64,000 nucleotides of DNA from Candidatus Kerfeldbacteria bacterium CG15_BIG_FIL_POST_REV_8_21_14_020_45_12 (lineage in GTDB: Bacteria > Patescibacteriota > Patescibacteriia > UBA9570 > XYC2-FULL-38-9): assembly GCA_002781785.1 (NCBI GenBank), contig PFGC01000041.1, positions 145 through 64,144 on the forward strand, written 5' to 3'. The first letter of the stretch is position 1; the number at the start of each line of letters is the position of its first letter. Below, piece after piece: positions 1-10,687 of this stretch. The position numbers were made by a program, and so were the translations under genes. The notes under the pieces were generated by a model, which saw nothing but the letters and a program-made list of their open reading frames with translations, had not been told where the DNA came from and made no database searches.

Positions 1-322
<322 letters not shown>

Positions 323-355
323 TTATAGGTTAACGAAATAAGTAAAATAATTGCC

Positions 356-1300
356 TCAACTAACAACTGGACAAGGCTCGGCAAAGGCCTGCTCGTAACG
401 ACTAGCAAACTCCTGGCTGGTATAGGTATGTTCCTGCGTTCCGTATTGCTCAATTGCGTAAGCCGCGGCCGTTGAACCCAACCTCCCACATTGAGTCAAA
501 TCTAATCCTGCCATTAAACCAGCAATCAATCCGGCTCGATAGGCATCCCCGGCACCAGTCGGATCTTTTTGATCGAGCACTGGACAAACCGGAATCTCAA
601 CTACCTTACCTGACTGTACAATCTTTGAACCATTTGCCCCAAGAGTAGTGATCATAATTTCAACCATCTCAGCAACTTCAGCCTCAGTAAGTTTAGTGCG
701 AGTCAAAATCATCTCCAATTCGTAATCATTCACTATCAAAATATAAGCACCGTCTATGAGTGTCTTAATTTCATCTGACTCCAAAAATGGCAGCGTTTGA
801 CCTGGATCAAAAATATAACGCCTACCTAGGGCTTTAGACTCAGTCGCATAGCGTAACATATCAAACTTATTACCCGCCGATAGTACAAAAATAGTGTCGT
901 CTGAAAAATCAGCTACCGTTGCGGTGGTCTCTGCGGCCATCGCTCCCATGTAAAAAGCTGTGATCTGATTATTGGTGGTATCAGTAGTAATATAGGCAGA
1001 TGCTGTTGTTGTCTTGTCTTGAATTTCAATACCAGCTACTGATAAACCTAGATTTTTTATGTAGTCTAGATAGTTGGTAAAATCATTTCCCGCCGATGCC
1101 ACTATCACTGGCTGCCTACCTAGCAAGGCTAAGGAGTAGGCAATATTTCCAGCTGTACCACCTCGTTTTTCCTCCAGCCTTTCTATATTAAAAGACACAC
1201 TGAGCTGATGAATTTTATTTGGCAAAATATGTTCCGCAAACAAACCGGGGAAATCCATAATGCGATCAATAGCTAGTGATCCAGTCAAGACAACATTCAT
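356..1300 (-). CDS. PfkB-family carbohydrate/nucleoside kinase, possibly adenosine kinase given the adjacent ahcY
   Basis: PfkB signature 1 GGTAGNIAYSLALLG near the N-terminus and signature 2 DPTGAGDAYRAGLIAGL near the C-terminus. Confidence 0.8.
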   Translation of the reverse strand: MNVVLTGSLAIDRIMDFPGLFAEHILPNKIHQLSVSFNIERLEEKRGGTAGNIAYSLALLGRQPVIVASAGNDFTNYLDYIKNLGLSVAGIEIQDKTTTASAYITTDTTNNQITAFYMGAMAAETTATVADFSDDTIFVLSAGNKFDMLRYATESKALGRRYIFDPGQTLPFLESDEIKTLIDGAYILIVNDYELEMILTRTKLTEAEVAEMVEIMITTLGANGSKIVQSGKVVEIPVCPVLDQKDPTGAGDAYRAGLIAGLMAGLDLTQCGRLGSTAAAYAIEQYGTQEHTYTSQEFASRYEQAFAEPCPVVS

Positions 1301-1304
1301 AGTT

Positions 1305-2378
1305 CTAGAGCTCTAACTGAGCGTTTTCTCCAATAATCATTCGATAACCGCTCTCAGTTTCACTATGCGGCAGCGAAATTGTGGCATTATGACCTATGAT
1401 ACTGTCTACAATGTGCTTGTCAGTTCTAATATCTGCTTCGTCCATTACAATTGAACGCTCGACCCTAGCTCCTTCTATCTCAGTTGAATGACCAATGGTA
1501 GTGTGGGGCCCGATCCAGGCATCACGAATAACGGCATTACGACCGATACTAACAGGTCCATGGATCACGCTTTTTCCAAGCACCTGACAACCTTCTAATA
1601 GTTCAACTTCACCTTTCAGCTCCACTCCTTCTTCAACGGTCGTGGCCTGGTTAGCACCTTCCAAAGCGTCCAACACTAGAGCGTTGCCTTCTAGTAAATC
1701 TCCTGGCTTTCCCGTATCTTTCCACCATCCTTCAACTATTTCGTATTTTACCGTATGACCGTTTTCAATTAACCAAGTGTGAACATCAGAAATTTCTAAC
1801 TCACCCCGCTCGCTATATTCAATTCCATCTACCGCATCGTGAACGCTGGCGTCATAGCAATAAATACCTGTCACCGCGAACTCACTTGGTGGATTCTCAG
1901 GTTTTTCCACAACTCTTAAGATTTCACCATTTTTGCCAAGCTCTGGGACTCCAAAACGTTGGGGGTCTGGCACTTTCGAAAGAGCCAAATAACCACTCGC
2001 CCCGCTGCTGAGAAAAGCCTCTACGAATGGCTTGATTGACCCTAAGATAATATTGTCACCCAAGTAAAAGACGAATGAATCTTCGCCCAAAAAATCTCGA
2101 GCGTTCTTGATAATATGAGCCAGACCAAGCGCGCCTCCGGCCTGTTCTAAATAAGTAACCTTAACACCCCAGGCCGAGCCATCGCCCACCGATTCCTCAA
2201 TAGTGTGATCTCCTTCGTTTACATTAATTCCAATTTCAGTAATACCGGCTTCGGCAATTTTCTCAATGGCATGAAAAATCATCGGTTTGTTGCCGATGGG
2301 TATCAGATGCTTATTCATCGAGTAGGTAATCGGTCTAAGCCGTGTTCCGTGACCTCCTGCTGTGATTAGTGCTTTCAT
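1305..2378 (-). CDS. Sugar-1-phosphate nucleotidyltransferase, long form: N-terminal NTP-transferase domain plus C-terminal left-handed beta-helix (glucose-1-phosphate thymidylyl/uridylyltransferase-like)
   Basis: N-terminal ITAGGHGTRLRPITYSMNKHLIPIGNKPMI matches the G-x-G-T-R-L-x-P-x-T nucleotidyltransferase motif. The C-terminal half is rich in hexapeptide-like repeats (IGHNATI, VIHGPVSIGRNAVI). Confidence 0.75.
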   Translation of the reverse strand: MKALITAGGHGTRLRPITYSMNKHLIPIGNKPMIFHAIEKIAEAGITEIGINVNEGDHTIEESVGDGSAWGVKVTYLEQAGGALGLAHIIKNARDFLGEDSFVFYLGDNIILGSIKPFVEAFLSSGASGYLALSKVPDPQRFGVPELGKNGEILRVVEKPENPPSEFAVTGIYCYDASVHDAVDGIEYSERGELEISDVHTWLIENGHTVKYEIVEGWWKDTGKPGDLLEGNALVLDALEGANQATTVEEGVELKGEVELLEGCQVLGKSVIHGPVSIGRNAVIRDAWIGPHTTIGHSTEIEGARVERSIVMDEADIRTDKHIVDSIIGHNATISLPHSETESGYRMIIGENAQLEL

Positions 2379-2599
2379 GCCGACTGTTTTGGAAAAAGTG
2401 AGCTTGGATCAATAAGTAGAGAAAATAACGCGGCAATTATAGCAGACCACAGAAACATATCAAGATTAAGGTGGCTGCTAACAAATCCTGGTAAAACCAT
2501 TTCTATAAAAACAGCGAGGATGTACCAAAAAACCAGGGTTCGCGTAGTAAAAGCCAACAATTCTCCAATTACTTTCCTTGTTAAATATTGACTACTCAT
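2375..2599 (-). CDS. Small hypothetical membrane protein with two predicted TM helices
   Basis: ORF overlaps both neighbours by 4 nt, suggesting translational coupling. Hydrophobic segments VFWYILAVFIEMVLPGFV and LWSAIIAALFSLLI. Confidence 0.35.
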   Translation of the reverse strand: MSSQYLTRKVIGELLAFTTRTLVFWYILAVFIEMVLPGFVSSHLNLDMFLWSAIIAALFSLLIDPSSLFPKQSA

Positions 2600-4107
2600 G
2601 ATGATCCGCCAAAACGACTCTTAAGCTTTGTCCACAAATCCGCCCGATGAAAATCAAATTTCACTTCACGGACTTTAATCTCATGACCATTACGCTCGAT
2701 TCCAGGTGCTGACAAAATAAATTTCAATTCCTTGCGATCACCTACCACACCATCAAGTGACAACGGAATGGTCTGTAAATAACCCCCTCTATCAGCCACT
2801 GGAGCTGTGTACTCTTTGAAAATAATATAATCAAGGTCCTCAAGTGCAGTTGACCCACTAATCTGTTCAATCTGATAATCAGCATCAAAGAAGGCGTCTT
2901 CCGAGAAGGCAATTAATCCAGAGGTTCTTACCAACAAATCATTCTTAGGTGTAATCAACTCTCTAAATAAAGGCTCTACTTCATCCTGGCTTTCCCACCA
3001 GTATGGTACGTGTAGCTTATCGATGTGTAGCGGTTCGCCAGCGATGGTTGGAACCTGTAAGCCTGAGGTGTGATCTGTTTGCATCATCAACTCAGTCCCT
3101 TGTAAATATAAAGTTGTTGGCCCTGTGTCTAAACCAGCCACAGCTTCAGCGTATTCACTATTATTGACTAAAAATACCTTATCTCTAGCCACAAATCGCT
3201 CTTGATCAGTTCTAATTTGAGAAATCAAGATGTCGTCGTCAACGTTTACAACTATTCTATACAAACCTGCCTCTAAACCGGCCAGATCTACGGTTAAAGT
3301 TCCTCTGTCTGTAGCCACGGCTGAAGCTAAAGCATCGCCGTCGTCAGGCAATAACTCTTCGTGAATAATCGTATTAACACGATAAACCTGAATCGATATT
3401 GGATCCTCATTAAAATCTCTATTAATATCAGTTAAATCAAACTCAGCGTGCAAAGTCTCTTTATCAATATAGGTCCAGAATTCATGGCCGCCTCGCAAGA
3501 CTCGATCAATCACCTGCTTCTGCGGTGATGCCACGTAAGAACTGTCGGTGTAACGGTAAGACAGTCGATATCTATAGACACCAATTCCCTGATCCTCTGG
3601 AGTTTGGTCCACAAAATCCGCCACTGACTCAAATTCAGACTGACGTTGCAACAAAGTAACTCCATCACTTTCTATTTGAGACCAACCCTCATTAATCGCC
3701 TGATTGATAATCCCAATATCCAAAGATTGTAGTCGCACAGACAAGGGCTCCTCGCTAGTCACTAAGCCAAACTCAGTATAAGGTTGTCCATCATTTTGAT
3801 AATCCAAAGTCACACTGACATCATCGTAAGACCGTGGAACGGTTACGTTCATATAGACCGGCTCCCCTACTATTCTTTGATAAGTTTCCCCCGTTCGTAA
3901 ATTCTGCTCACGATCTAGCGCTCGACCGGCCGGAGTAAACTCTTTGACCCTGGCAGACTCACCAGAAAAATTATAGGTAATTGAAAGATTTCCAAAAATT
4001 GACAGATAATCAACCGTCAACCAGGCCACGATTACAAGAGGCACGCAAAAAATGATCGCTTTTACAATCCAAACGGGCTGGAGGTGCCGCAAAAACGACT
4101 GCTTCAT
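2596..4107 (-). CDS. Hypothetical N-terminally membrane-anchored extracytoplasmic protein
   Basis: Single N-terminal hydrophobic segment (WIVKAIIFCVPLVIVAWLTV) followed by about 470 aa of soluble sequence. No recognisable catalytic motif. Confidence 0.45.
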   Translation of the reverse strand: MKQSFLRHLQPVWIVKAIIFCVPLVIVAWLTVDYLSIFGNLSITYNFSGESARVKEFTPAGRALDREQNLRTGETYQRIVGEPVYMNVTVPRSYDDVSVTLDYQNDGQPYTEFGLVTSEEPLSVRLQSLDIGIINQAINEGWSQIESDGVTLLQRQSEFESVADFVDQTPEDQGIGVYRYRLSYRYTDSSYVASPQKQVIDRVLRGGHEFWTYIDKETLHAEFDLTDINRDFNEDPISIQVYRVNTIIHEELLPDDGDALASAVATDRGTLTVDLAGLEAGLYRIVVNVDDDILISQIRTDQERFVARDKVFLVNNSEYAEAVAGLDTGPTTLYLQGTELMMQTDHTSGLQVPTIAGEPLHIDKLHVPYWWESQDEVEPLFRELITPKNDLLVRTSGLIAFSEDAFFDADYQIEQISGSTALEDLDYIIFKEYTAPVADRGGYLQTIPLSLDGVVGDRKELKFILSAPGIERNGHEIKVREVKFDFHRADLWTKLKSRFGGSS

Positions 4108-4153
4108 GGCGCGAGCATATCAAAAAACTACCAATTCGACAAGGAAATATCGG

Positions 4154-4181
4154 TTGACCCACTAGCAATATATGCTATAGT
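4154..4181 (+). promoter_or_regulatory. Sigma70-like promoter for the 4208-7254 operon
   Basis: TTGACC (4154-4159), 16-nt spacer, TATAGT (4176-4181). Lies about 27 nt upstream of the ATG at 4208. Confidence 0.4.
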
Positions 4182-4207
4182 AGCAGCTCATTTCCTGTTA
4201 TCTACCT

Positions 4208-5170
4208 ATGAAAGTACTCTTAACTGGCGCTGCTGGTTTTATTGGATCGCACGTAGCCGACCTGCTCATCAAACAGGGTCATTCGGTTATTGCCGTAGAC
4301 AACTTTAACGATTACTACAATCCTGACTTTAAAGAAGATAACGTCTCTCACTTAATTGGCCACGAGGCGTATCAGTTGGTTAGAGCAGACATCACTAACG
4401 AAGCCTCAATGCGGGCTGTTTTTTCTGAGCATAAACCTGATGCCATTATCCACCTAGCCGCCCAAGCTGGAGTTAGAATTTCTATTCAAGAACCTCTGCG
4501 AGCAGCCACCAATAACATAACTGCAACCTACATCTTACTGGAACTGGCTCACGAATTCGGTGTTAAAGATTTCGTCTTTGCGTCATCTTCTTCGGTGTAC
4601 GGCAACCAGGAAAAAACCCCTTTCTCAGAATCTGACCCAGTTGACCTACCTATATCACCTTACGCTGCCACCAAAAAAGCTTGTGAGCTAATCGCCTACA
4701 CTTATCATCATCTCTATAAAATGAACTGCGTTGGCCTGCGGTTCTTCACAGTCTATGGTGAGCGAGGACGGCCGGACATGTCACCTTATATTTTTGCAGA
4801 TGCGATTATCAATGATAAGCCACTAAGACGATATGGTGACGGCTCCATGGAGCGGGACTTCACATACATAGATGATATTGCCAGCGGCGTGGTGGCCTGC
4901 CTTGGAAAAGATCTTGGTTACGCTATTATCAACCTCGGTAATTCAAACTCCGTAACACTTCGCGATTATATTGCTACATTTGAAAAAATTCTTGGTAAGT
5001 CAGCTATTATTGATGAGCAACCGTTACAACCAGGCGATGTCTTTAAAACCTACGCCGATGTTTCTCAAGCAAAAGCCCTTTTGAACTGGGAACCAACCAC
5101 GGATTTAGAAACCGGCCTTACTAAATTTTTAACTTGGTTCAAAGAGAACCGATCAGGTAAACCCTTATAA
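4208..5170 (+). CDS. NAD-dependent epimerase/dehydratase (extended SDR; UDP-glucuronate/UDP-hexose 4-epimerase-like)
   Basis: Rossmann motif TGAAGFIGSH and catalytic YAATK (YxxxK). Confidence 0.8.
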   Translation: MKVLLTGAAGFIGSHVADLLIKQGHSVIAVDNFNDYYNPDFKEDNVSHLIGHEAYQLVRADITNEASMRAVFSEHKPDAIIHLAAQAGVRISIQEPLRAATNNITATYILLELAHEFGVKDFVFASSSSVYGNQEKTPFSESDPVDLPISPYAATKKACELIAYTYHHLYKMNCVGLRFFTVYGERGRPDMSPYIFADAIINDKPLRRYGDGSMERDFTYIDDIASGVVACLGKDLGYAIINLGNSNSVTLRDYIATFEKILGKSAIIDEQPLQPGDVFKTYADVSQAKALLNWEPTTDLETGLTKFLTWFKENRSGKPL

Positions 5171-5171
5171 C

Positions 5172-6110
5172 ATGAAATACTCCGTCGTCATTCCTGTTTT
5201 CAATGAAGAAGAAAATGTTTTAGAGCTACACCCAGCGGTGACTGAAGCTATGGATAAAATAGGTGATCCTTATGAAATTATCTTTGTTGATGACGGTTCG
5301 TCTGATCGAACAGTTGAAAATCTTCAAGGGCTTTCTCCGGTAACCATTATTCGCCTACGAAAAAACTTTGGGCAAACCGCCGCGATGGACGCTGGTATCA
5401 AACAAGCCAAAGGTGAGTTTATTATCACTTTAGATGGAGACGGACAAAATCCCCCTTCTGAAATTCCAAAGCTACTTAAAGTTATGGAGACTGGAAACTA
5501 CGATGTTGTTTCTGGATGGCGCCGTCACCGCCATGACACCTTCATGAAGAAAGCTGTTTCGCGTGGTGCTAATCTCCTGAGAAAAGTATTTGTTAAAGAT
5601 AATATCCACGATTCTGGCTGTTCTCTGAAAGTATACCGTAGAGAATGCTTTGATAATGTTGATCTATTTGGTGAGATGCACCGATTTATTCCCGCTGTCT
5701 TAAGCTGGTCAGGCTACACAGTTGGCGAGGCTGAAGTTGAACACCAACCACGCCGCCATGGAGTTTCAAAATATGGTTGGAAACGTATAATCAAAGGGTT
5801 GATTGATATGATTTCAGTCTTCTTTTGGCGCAAGTATGCTAGCCGACCACTTCATTTGTTTGGAGCAGCTGGCTTACTGCTAATTGGTGGCGGTGGTTTA
5901 CTTGGAGTCGCTTTGGCCGTTAGAAAATTTATCTTTGACGTGCCCCTTAGCGAATCAAATTTACCCCTCTTAATGGTCCTGCTGTTCGTGCTTGGTGTGC
6001 AGTTCTTTGTCTCCGGACTTCTGGGAGACATTGTTATCCGAAACTACTACAGTGGCGGTCGAAAACCTTACGCGGTTCGAGAGGTTATCATAAAAACCAA
6101 AACCGACTAA
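5172..6110 (+). CDS. GT2 polyprenyl-phosphate glycosyltransferase (GtrB/DPM1/ArnC-like) with a C-terminal TM pair
   Basis: N-terminus MKYSVVIPVFNEEENV, DDGSSD and DGDGQ (DxD) motifs, and two C-terminal hydrophobic helices. Paralogous to 51011..51976. Confidence 0.8.
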   Translation: MKYSVVIPVFNEEENVLELHPAVTEAMDKIGDPYEIIFVDDGSSDRTVENLQGLSPVTIIRLRKNFGQTAAMDAGIKQAKGEFIITLDGDGQNPPSEIPKLLKVMETGNYDVVSGWRRHRHDTFMKKAVSRGANLLRKVFVKDNIHDSGCSLKVYRRECFDNVDLFGEMHRFIPAVLSWSGYTVGEAEVEHQPRRHGVSKYGWKRIIKGLIDMISVFFWRKYASRPLHLFGAAGLLLIGGGGLLGVALAVRKFIFDVPLSESNLPLLMVLLFVLGVQFFVSGLLGDIVIRNYYSGGRKPYAVREVIIKTKTD

Positions 6111-6117
6111 CTCGCTC

Positions 6118-7254
6118 ATGCGTGTTCTCGTTCTAAATCCAGAATATCCACCCTTGGGCGGCGGAGCTGCTAATGCCACTGCTTATTTACTGCGCGAGTT
6201 ATCAAAACATAAAAATATTAGCGTTGACCTAGTCACTGCTTCAGTTGATGGTGAGCGCACAGAACAACTCAGCGACAACATCACTCTGCACTTTCTTGAT
6301 ATAAAAAAGGAGGGGTCGCTCCATTACTACACAAATCGACAACTGTTACGATATCGCCAGCTAGCTCTACTCAAGTCTCGTCAATTACATACTCAAAAAC
6401 CTTTTGATCTAGTTCACGCCTTTTTTGGCATACCATCTGGAGTCATTGCCAAGCAACTACATATTCCCTACATCGTCAGCTTAAGAGGTTCGGATGTCCC
6501 CTATTACAATCCACGTTTCCGACTAGCTGATCGTCTATTCTTTAAACATCTTAGTCGTTATGTCTGGAAACACGCCAATTACGTAGTGGCCAATAGTCAA
6601 CAACTAGCTGATCTAGCCGGTCGTACATCGCCCAATCTAAAAATCCCTGTCATTAGAAACGGGGTCGACATTACTGAATTTACACCGGCCGCCGAAGAGC
6701 CCAGCACCGACACATTTAACATTCTCTGTGTCTCCCGTTTAGTGGGCCGCAAAGGTATTGATAGATTGATTGAAGCTGTTGCAACCATTTCGAAAACCCA
6801 CCCCCAGGTTCAACTGTCATTGGCTGGAGATGGAAATATTAAAAACCAGCTTGAGCATCAAGCTAAGCAGTTAAACGTATCTGATCGAGTTAAATTTCTA
6901 GGAGCAATTGATCATGCAACCTTGCCAAACCTTTACCAACAAAGCCACTTATTTGTATTACCTTCTCGCAACGAGGGTATGTCAAACACAGCTCTAGAAG
7001 CACTAGCTTCAGGTCTACCGCTTATTTTAACCGATACCGGAGGAGCCGCTGAGCTAACCCAAGGAAATGGCAAAACAGTACCGATTGACGATCAAATTGC
7101 CCTTGTAGAAGCTATAAAAGAAATTATGGTCGACACTACACTACGCCAAAGCTTACGTACTTCTAGCCGAAAAAAGTCTGAACAGTACGCCTGGTCAGCT
7201 ATGGCTGACTCATACATAAACCTCTACGAGCTAGTTGTCTCGCCACCACGCTGA
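6118..7254 (+). CDS. Glycosyltransferase family 4 (GT-B, retaining)
   Basis: C-terminal E-x7-E region PSRNEGMSNTALEALASGLPLILTDTGG. Confidence 0.8.
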   Translation: MRVLVLNPEYPPLGGGAANATAYLLRELSKHKNISVDLVTASVDGERTEQLSDNITLHFLDIKKEGSLHYYTNRQLLRYRQLALLKSRQLHTQKPFDLVHAFFGIPSGVIAKQLHIPYIVSLRGSDVPYYNPRFRLADRLFFKHLSRYVWKHANYVVANSQQLADLAGRTSPNLKIPVIRNGVDITEFTPAAEEPSTDTFNILCVSRLVGRKGIDRLIEAVATISKTHPQVQLSLAGDGNIKNQLEHQAKQLNVSDRVKFLGAIDHATLPNLYQQSHLFVLPSRNEGMSNTALEALASGLPLILTDTGGAAELTQGNGKTVPIDDQIALVEAIKEIMVDTTLRQSLRTSSRKKSEQYAWSAMADSYINLYELVVSPPR

Positions 7255-8000
7255 CGACTAAACCAATCTACGGTTAGTTCCACCATCTTGTCGAATTGAC
7301 CAGGGCCTCGGTAATCGTGCGTCACGTTAGGCAGCTCTATCAACTCGGCCTCTGGAAAAACAATCGCAGCTTGCCGGCTCTGCTCAATCGGCACTACATC
7401 GTCAGTGTCACCGTGAATTATTCTGACCGGAGACTGCACCTTAGCCGCTGCCAAATAGCCATCGTGTTTCAAACTGTCCTCGTAAAACCCGTAATTTAGT
7501 AACTGCGGTGGCTCACCAGCATCAGCCCTGTTAACTGAGCCCGTCTTTTGCCATAGCTGTAAACCAGTCTTACCTAATCTGTCTTGTTCCTTTTTTACAT
7601 AATCAGATACCGGTGATTTTAATACGATAGCAAAAACCTCTGGATGACTAGCTGCCACCAAAGTTGTTACCATGCCACCAAAACTTGAACCAAATAGCCC
7701 CATCTGTGAAAATTCACGCTCTTTCAAATACATGATAACAGCTTCAAGGTTATCCATGGCACGTGACAAAGTTATCTCAGAAAAATTTCCTCCACTCTCA
7801 CCGTGACCAAAAAAATCAAACCGAAAAGTCGCAAAACCAACCTCCGTTAAGGCTGCCTCTAACCCTCGACTAGTATAACCATCTTTACTAGACCTAAATC
7901 CATGCGCCAAAACAATCACCGAATCAGCCGCGTCCGGCACTGCCAATACGCCAACTATAGGCACCTCTGCTTTAATTATACAGCGCTCGATCTTTACCAT
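7224..8000 (-). CDS. Alpha/beta-fold hydrolase (dienelactone-hydrolase/esterase-like)
   Basis: Nucleophile-elbow GSSFGG (G-x-S-x-G), HGFRSS, and a C-terminal His region. Confidence 0.65.
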   Translation of the reverse strand: MVKIERCIIKAEVPIVGVLAVPDAADSVIVLAHGFRSSKDGYTSRGLEAALTEVGFATFRFDFFGHGESGGNFSEITLSRAMDNLEAVIMYLKEREFSQMGLFGSSFGGMVTTLVAASHPEVFAIVLKSPVSDYVKKEQDRLGKTGLQLWQKTGSVNRADAGEPPQLLNYGFYEDSLKHDGYLAAAKVQSPVRIIHGDTDDVVPIEQSRQAAIVFPEAELIELPNVTHDYRGPGQFDKMVELTVDWFSRQRGGETTSS

Positions 8001-8066
8001 AACAACATGTTAGCACATTGCTCCCCTTAACTTCATCTGTTAGAATTCGTCACATTAACACTCTCT

Positions 8067-9092
8067 ATGAATAAACCACAATTTACAGTCCTAATTGAAG
8101 GAGCCGGCACAGCCACTTGTATTTCACTACTTAAAGGGCTAGCCGTCCAAGATGAATTTTCCGTCCGTACCGTTGTTATCGATATGGACGATTCAAACGC
8201 CGGACGCTACATGGCGGATGCTTTTTACGCCACAGTCGGCTCAAAAGATGACGCCTACGTTGATACCGTGCTAGATATTTGTGCCAAAGAAAAAGTCGAC
8301 TTGTATATTCCAATTATTGATTACGGCTTCAGAAAATTAGCCGCCGCCAAAACTCGTTTTGCCGAAGCCGGAGTGTACTTAATGATAGCCGATGACGCGG
8401 CTATGGATGTCTGCGCTGATAAATACAACACCTATCTGTTTTTCAAAGAAAATAATATCCCTACCGCTGAAACTTGGGAAGCGGTCTCCAACGGTGACTT
8501 CTCCTCCGTGCAGTACCCGGTGTTTATTAAACCCAGAACTGACGGACGGGCCTCACTTGATGTTTATGTTATAAACAACGAAGAAGAGTTGCGCTTTCAC
8601 ACTAAGGGAAATGATAATTATGTTATGCAGCAGCTCATTGTTGGTCGCGAATTTACAGTTGACTGCTTAAGCTCACTTGATGGAACCGAGTTAGTTGGCG
8701 CAGTAGTTCGAGAACGCACCGAGACAAAGGCTGGTGTCTCAGTAAAATCTCGCATGGTAGAGCCAGCCCTTACCGAAATTATCTCCGGCTACATCAAAAC
8801 CATTGTTGAAACCTTGAAAATTCCCGGTATTTGTAACATTCAGGGTTTTATTGATGAAAACAACAATGTCTATATCTCGGAAATCAATCCACGCTCTGCT
8901 GGAACTCACGTCTTCTCAATCCAAGCTGGTTTAAATTCAATTCACCGCTTGCTCCAAATGAAGCATGGACTATCACCAGAATTGGTTAGATCTCAAATCA
9001 CCATAAATCCAAATCTAAAAATGATTAGATTTTGGGATGAACTGTTTATTGATGGAGAAACCACTTCCACATGGCCACCCTTGCTGAAGTAA
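8067..9092 (+). CDS. ATP-grasp domain enzyme (carboxylate-amine ligase-like)
   Basis: ATP-grasp features: KPRTDGRASLDVYV, QQLIVGREFTVD, and the Mg-binding E-x-N motif SEINPRSAGT. Confidence 0.7.
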   Translation: MNKPQFTVLIEGAGTATCISLLKGLAVQDEFSVRTVVIDMDDSNAGRYMADAFYATVGSKDDAYVDTVLDICAKEKVDLYIPIIDYGFRKLAAAKTRFAEAGVYLMIADDAAMDVCADKYNTYLFFKENNIPTAETWEAVSNGDFSSVQYPVFIKPRTDGRASLDVYVINNEEELRFHTKGNDNYVMQQLIVGREFTVDCLSSLDGTELVGAVVRERTETKAGVSVKSRMVEPALTEIISGYIKTIVETLKIPGICNIQGFIDENNNVYISEINPRSAGTHVFSIQAGLNSIHRLLQMKHGLSPELVRSQITINPNLKMIRFWDELFIDGETTSTWPPLLK

Positions 9093-9616
9093 TAAAACCT
9101 TACCCGATAGTCGTTTGGGACCTCGACCACACCATCGCTTCACTAGATGTCGATTGGGCGGGCCTTAAGGTAGAGTTAGCAGCTTTCTGCCAGGCAGCTG
9201 TTGATTTACCTTATCACGAACTCTTCTCAAAAGCCGCTCAGCTTGATAGCCAACAAGCCTTTGCTCTGCAAGCCAAGTACGAGGCAGGAGTTAGTTATCA
9301 AATTCATCAATCCATAGTCGAGACTATTAGAGACACAGCAAATAACCACACTTTCGCGATTTTTACGGACAATCTCCAAGCCACCGCCGAGCGAGTCTTG
9401 TCAGAATTAAACATTCTTAACTTATTCGCATCAGTCGTCACCAAAGACCAAGTTACCAACTGGAAACCCACCGCCACTGGACTTATAAAGGTTATGTCTA
9501 ACCTAAATGAGCTTGATAAAGCCAAATATGTCCTAATTGGGGATTCCTGGAAGGACCAACAAGCTGCCACTGAGGCTGAGATTGCCTTTGTCGATATCAT
9601 CCCTTTCCAGGAGTAG
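9071..9616 (+). CDS. HAD-superfamily hydrolase/phosphatase
   Basis: Motif I VVWDLDHTI (D-x-D-x-T) and motif IV-like LIGDSWKD. Overlaps the ATP-grasp gene by 22 nt. Confidence 0.65.
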   Translation: MATLAEVIKPYPIVVWDLDHTIASLDVDWAGLKVELAAFCQAAVDLPYHELFSKAAQLDSQQAFALQAKYEAGVSYQIHQSIVETIRDTANNHTFAIFTDNLQATAERVLSELNILNLFASVVTKDQVTNWKPTATGLIKVMSNLNELDKAKYVLIGDSWKDQQAATEAEIAFVDIIPFQE

Positions 9617-9675
9617 ACTTAAATATCAATAAATGGTAGATTTTCTCAGGAAAAAATGAGTAACTTTTAGTATAA

Positions 9676-10677
9676 ATGAGGATATTTCTAACTGGCGGAG
9701 CTGGTTTTGTTGGCGGCTGGATCGTCAAAAAACTGGTAGCAGATGGACACACCGTCACCGTCTACGATAATTTTTCATCAGGTCTGCGTGATAATATTTC
9801 AGGTTATGGTGATACTGTAACTATAATTGAAGGTGACATTCTGGATTTTGAACTTCTCAAACAGAGCATGGCCGGACACGACGTGGTCAGTCACCAAGCA
9901 GCTCAGCTAGAAATTACCACCGCCATCGAAGATCCCTCGATAGATGTTACTCAAAATATTATTGGCAGTTTAAATACCATTCGTGCAGCCCAGGCCAACG
10001 GTATTAAAAAAATGGTTATTGCTAGCTCCGGCTGCATCTATGGGCAAGTAAAAAATCCTCCCGTCAAAGAAACCGATACCGCTAGACCAAATTGGGAATA
10101 CGGAGTCAGTAAACTAGCCGTAGAAAAATATTGCGATATTTTTGCAGACTACGACAATATGATGATAGCCAACCTGCGCTACGCTATTGTCTATGGAGAA
10201 AACGAATGGTACGGACGAGTGCTAACTATTTTCTTAAAACGGGCACTAGAAAACAAGCCTCTCATTATCTTTGGCGAGGGATCTGCTGAACGAGATTTTG
10301 TGCACGTTGAAGATGTTGCTGCCTTAAACGTGAAACTTCTCACTGAGAAAAATTGGACGGGAAATAAACGTCTTAACGTTAGTACGGGAGTGGCCACCAC
10401 CGTCAATCAACTAGCTGAATTGGTAAAAGAAGTGGTGAAAGAAATCGATGGAAAAGAGTTAGAAGTAATACACGAGGAGCTAGCTGAAGGCAAAGAATCA
10501 AAATATGTCGAAGGACGTTTGCGCTTACCTCGAGAGCTTGGGGTCATGCACTTGGACAACAGCGAAGCTAAAGCTTTTACGGACTGGAGCGACACAGTGG
10601 CCCTTAAAGACGGCATTCGACGAGAGTATATTTGGCTAAAGGAAAATCATAAAAGATGGCATACACTTTCTTACTAA
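9676..10677 (+). CDS. NAD-dependent epimerase/dehydratase (extended SDR)
   Basis: TGGAGFVGGW Rossmann motif and YGVSKLAVEK (YxxxK). Confidence 0.8.
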   Translation: MRIFLTGGAGFVGGWIVKKLVADGHTVTVYDNFSSGLRDNISGYGDTVTIIEGDILDFELLKQSMAGHDVVSHQAAQLEITTAIEDPSIDVTQNIIGSLNTIRAAQANGIKKMVIASSGCIYGQVKNPPVKETDTARPNWEYGVSKLAVEKYCDIFADYDNMMIANLRYAIVYGENEWYGRVLTIFLKRALENKPLIIFGEGSAERDFVHVEDVAALNVKLLTEKNWTGNKRLNVSTGVATTVNQLAELVKEVVKEIDGKELEVIHEELAEGKESKYVEGRLRLPRELGVMHLDNSEAKAFTDWSDTVALKDGIRREYIWLKENHKRWHTLSY

Positions 10678-10687
10678 CTCTATAGCT

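Noticed and set aside
8001-8066. Promoter for the long plus-strand operon starting at 8067
   Set aside because: Only a TAGAAT-like -10 (about 8040) could be found, without a properly spaced -35. It is too weak to annotate as a feature.
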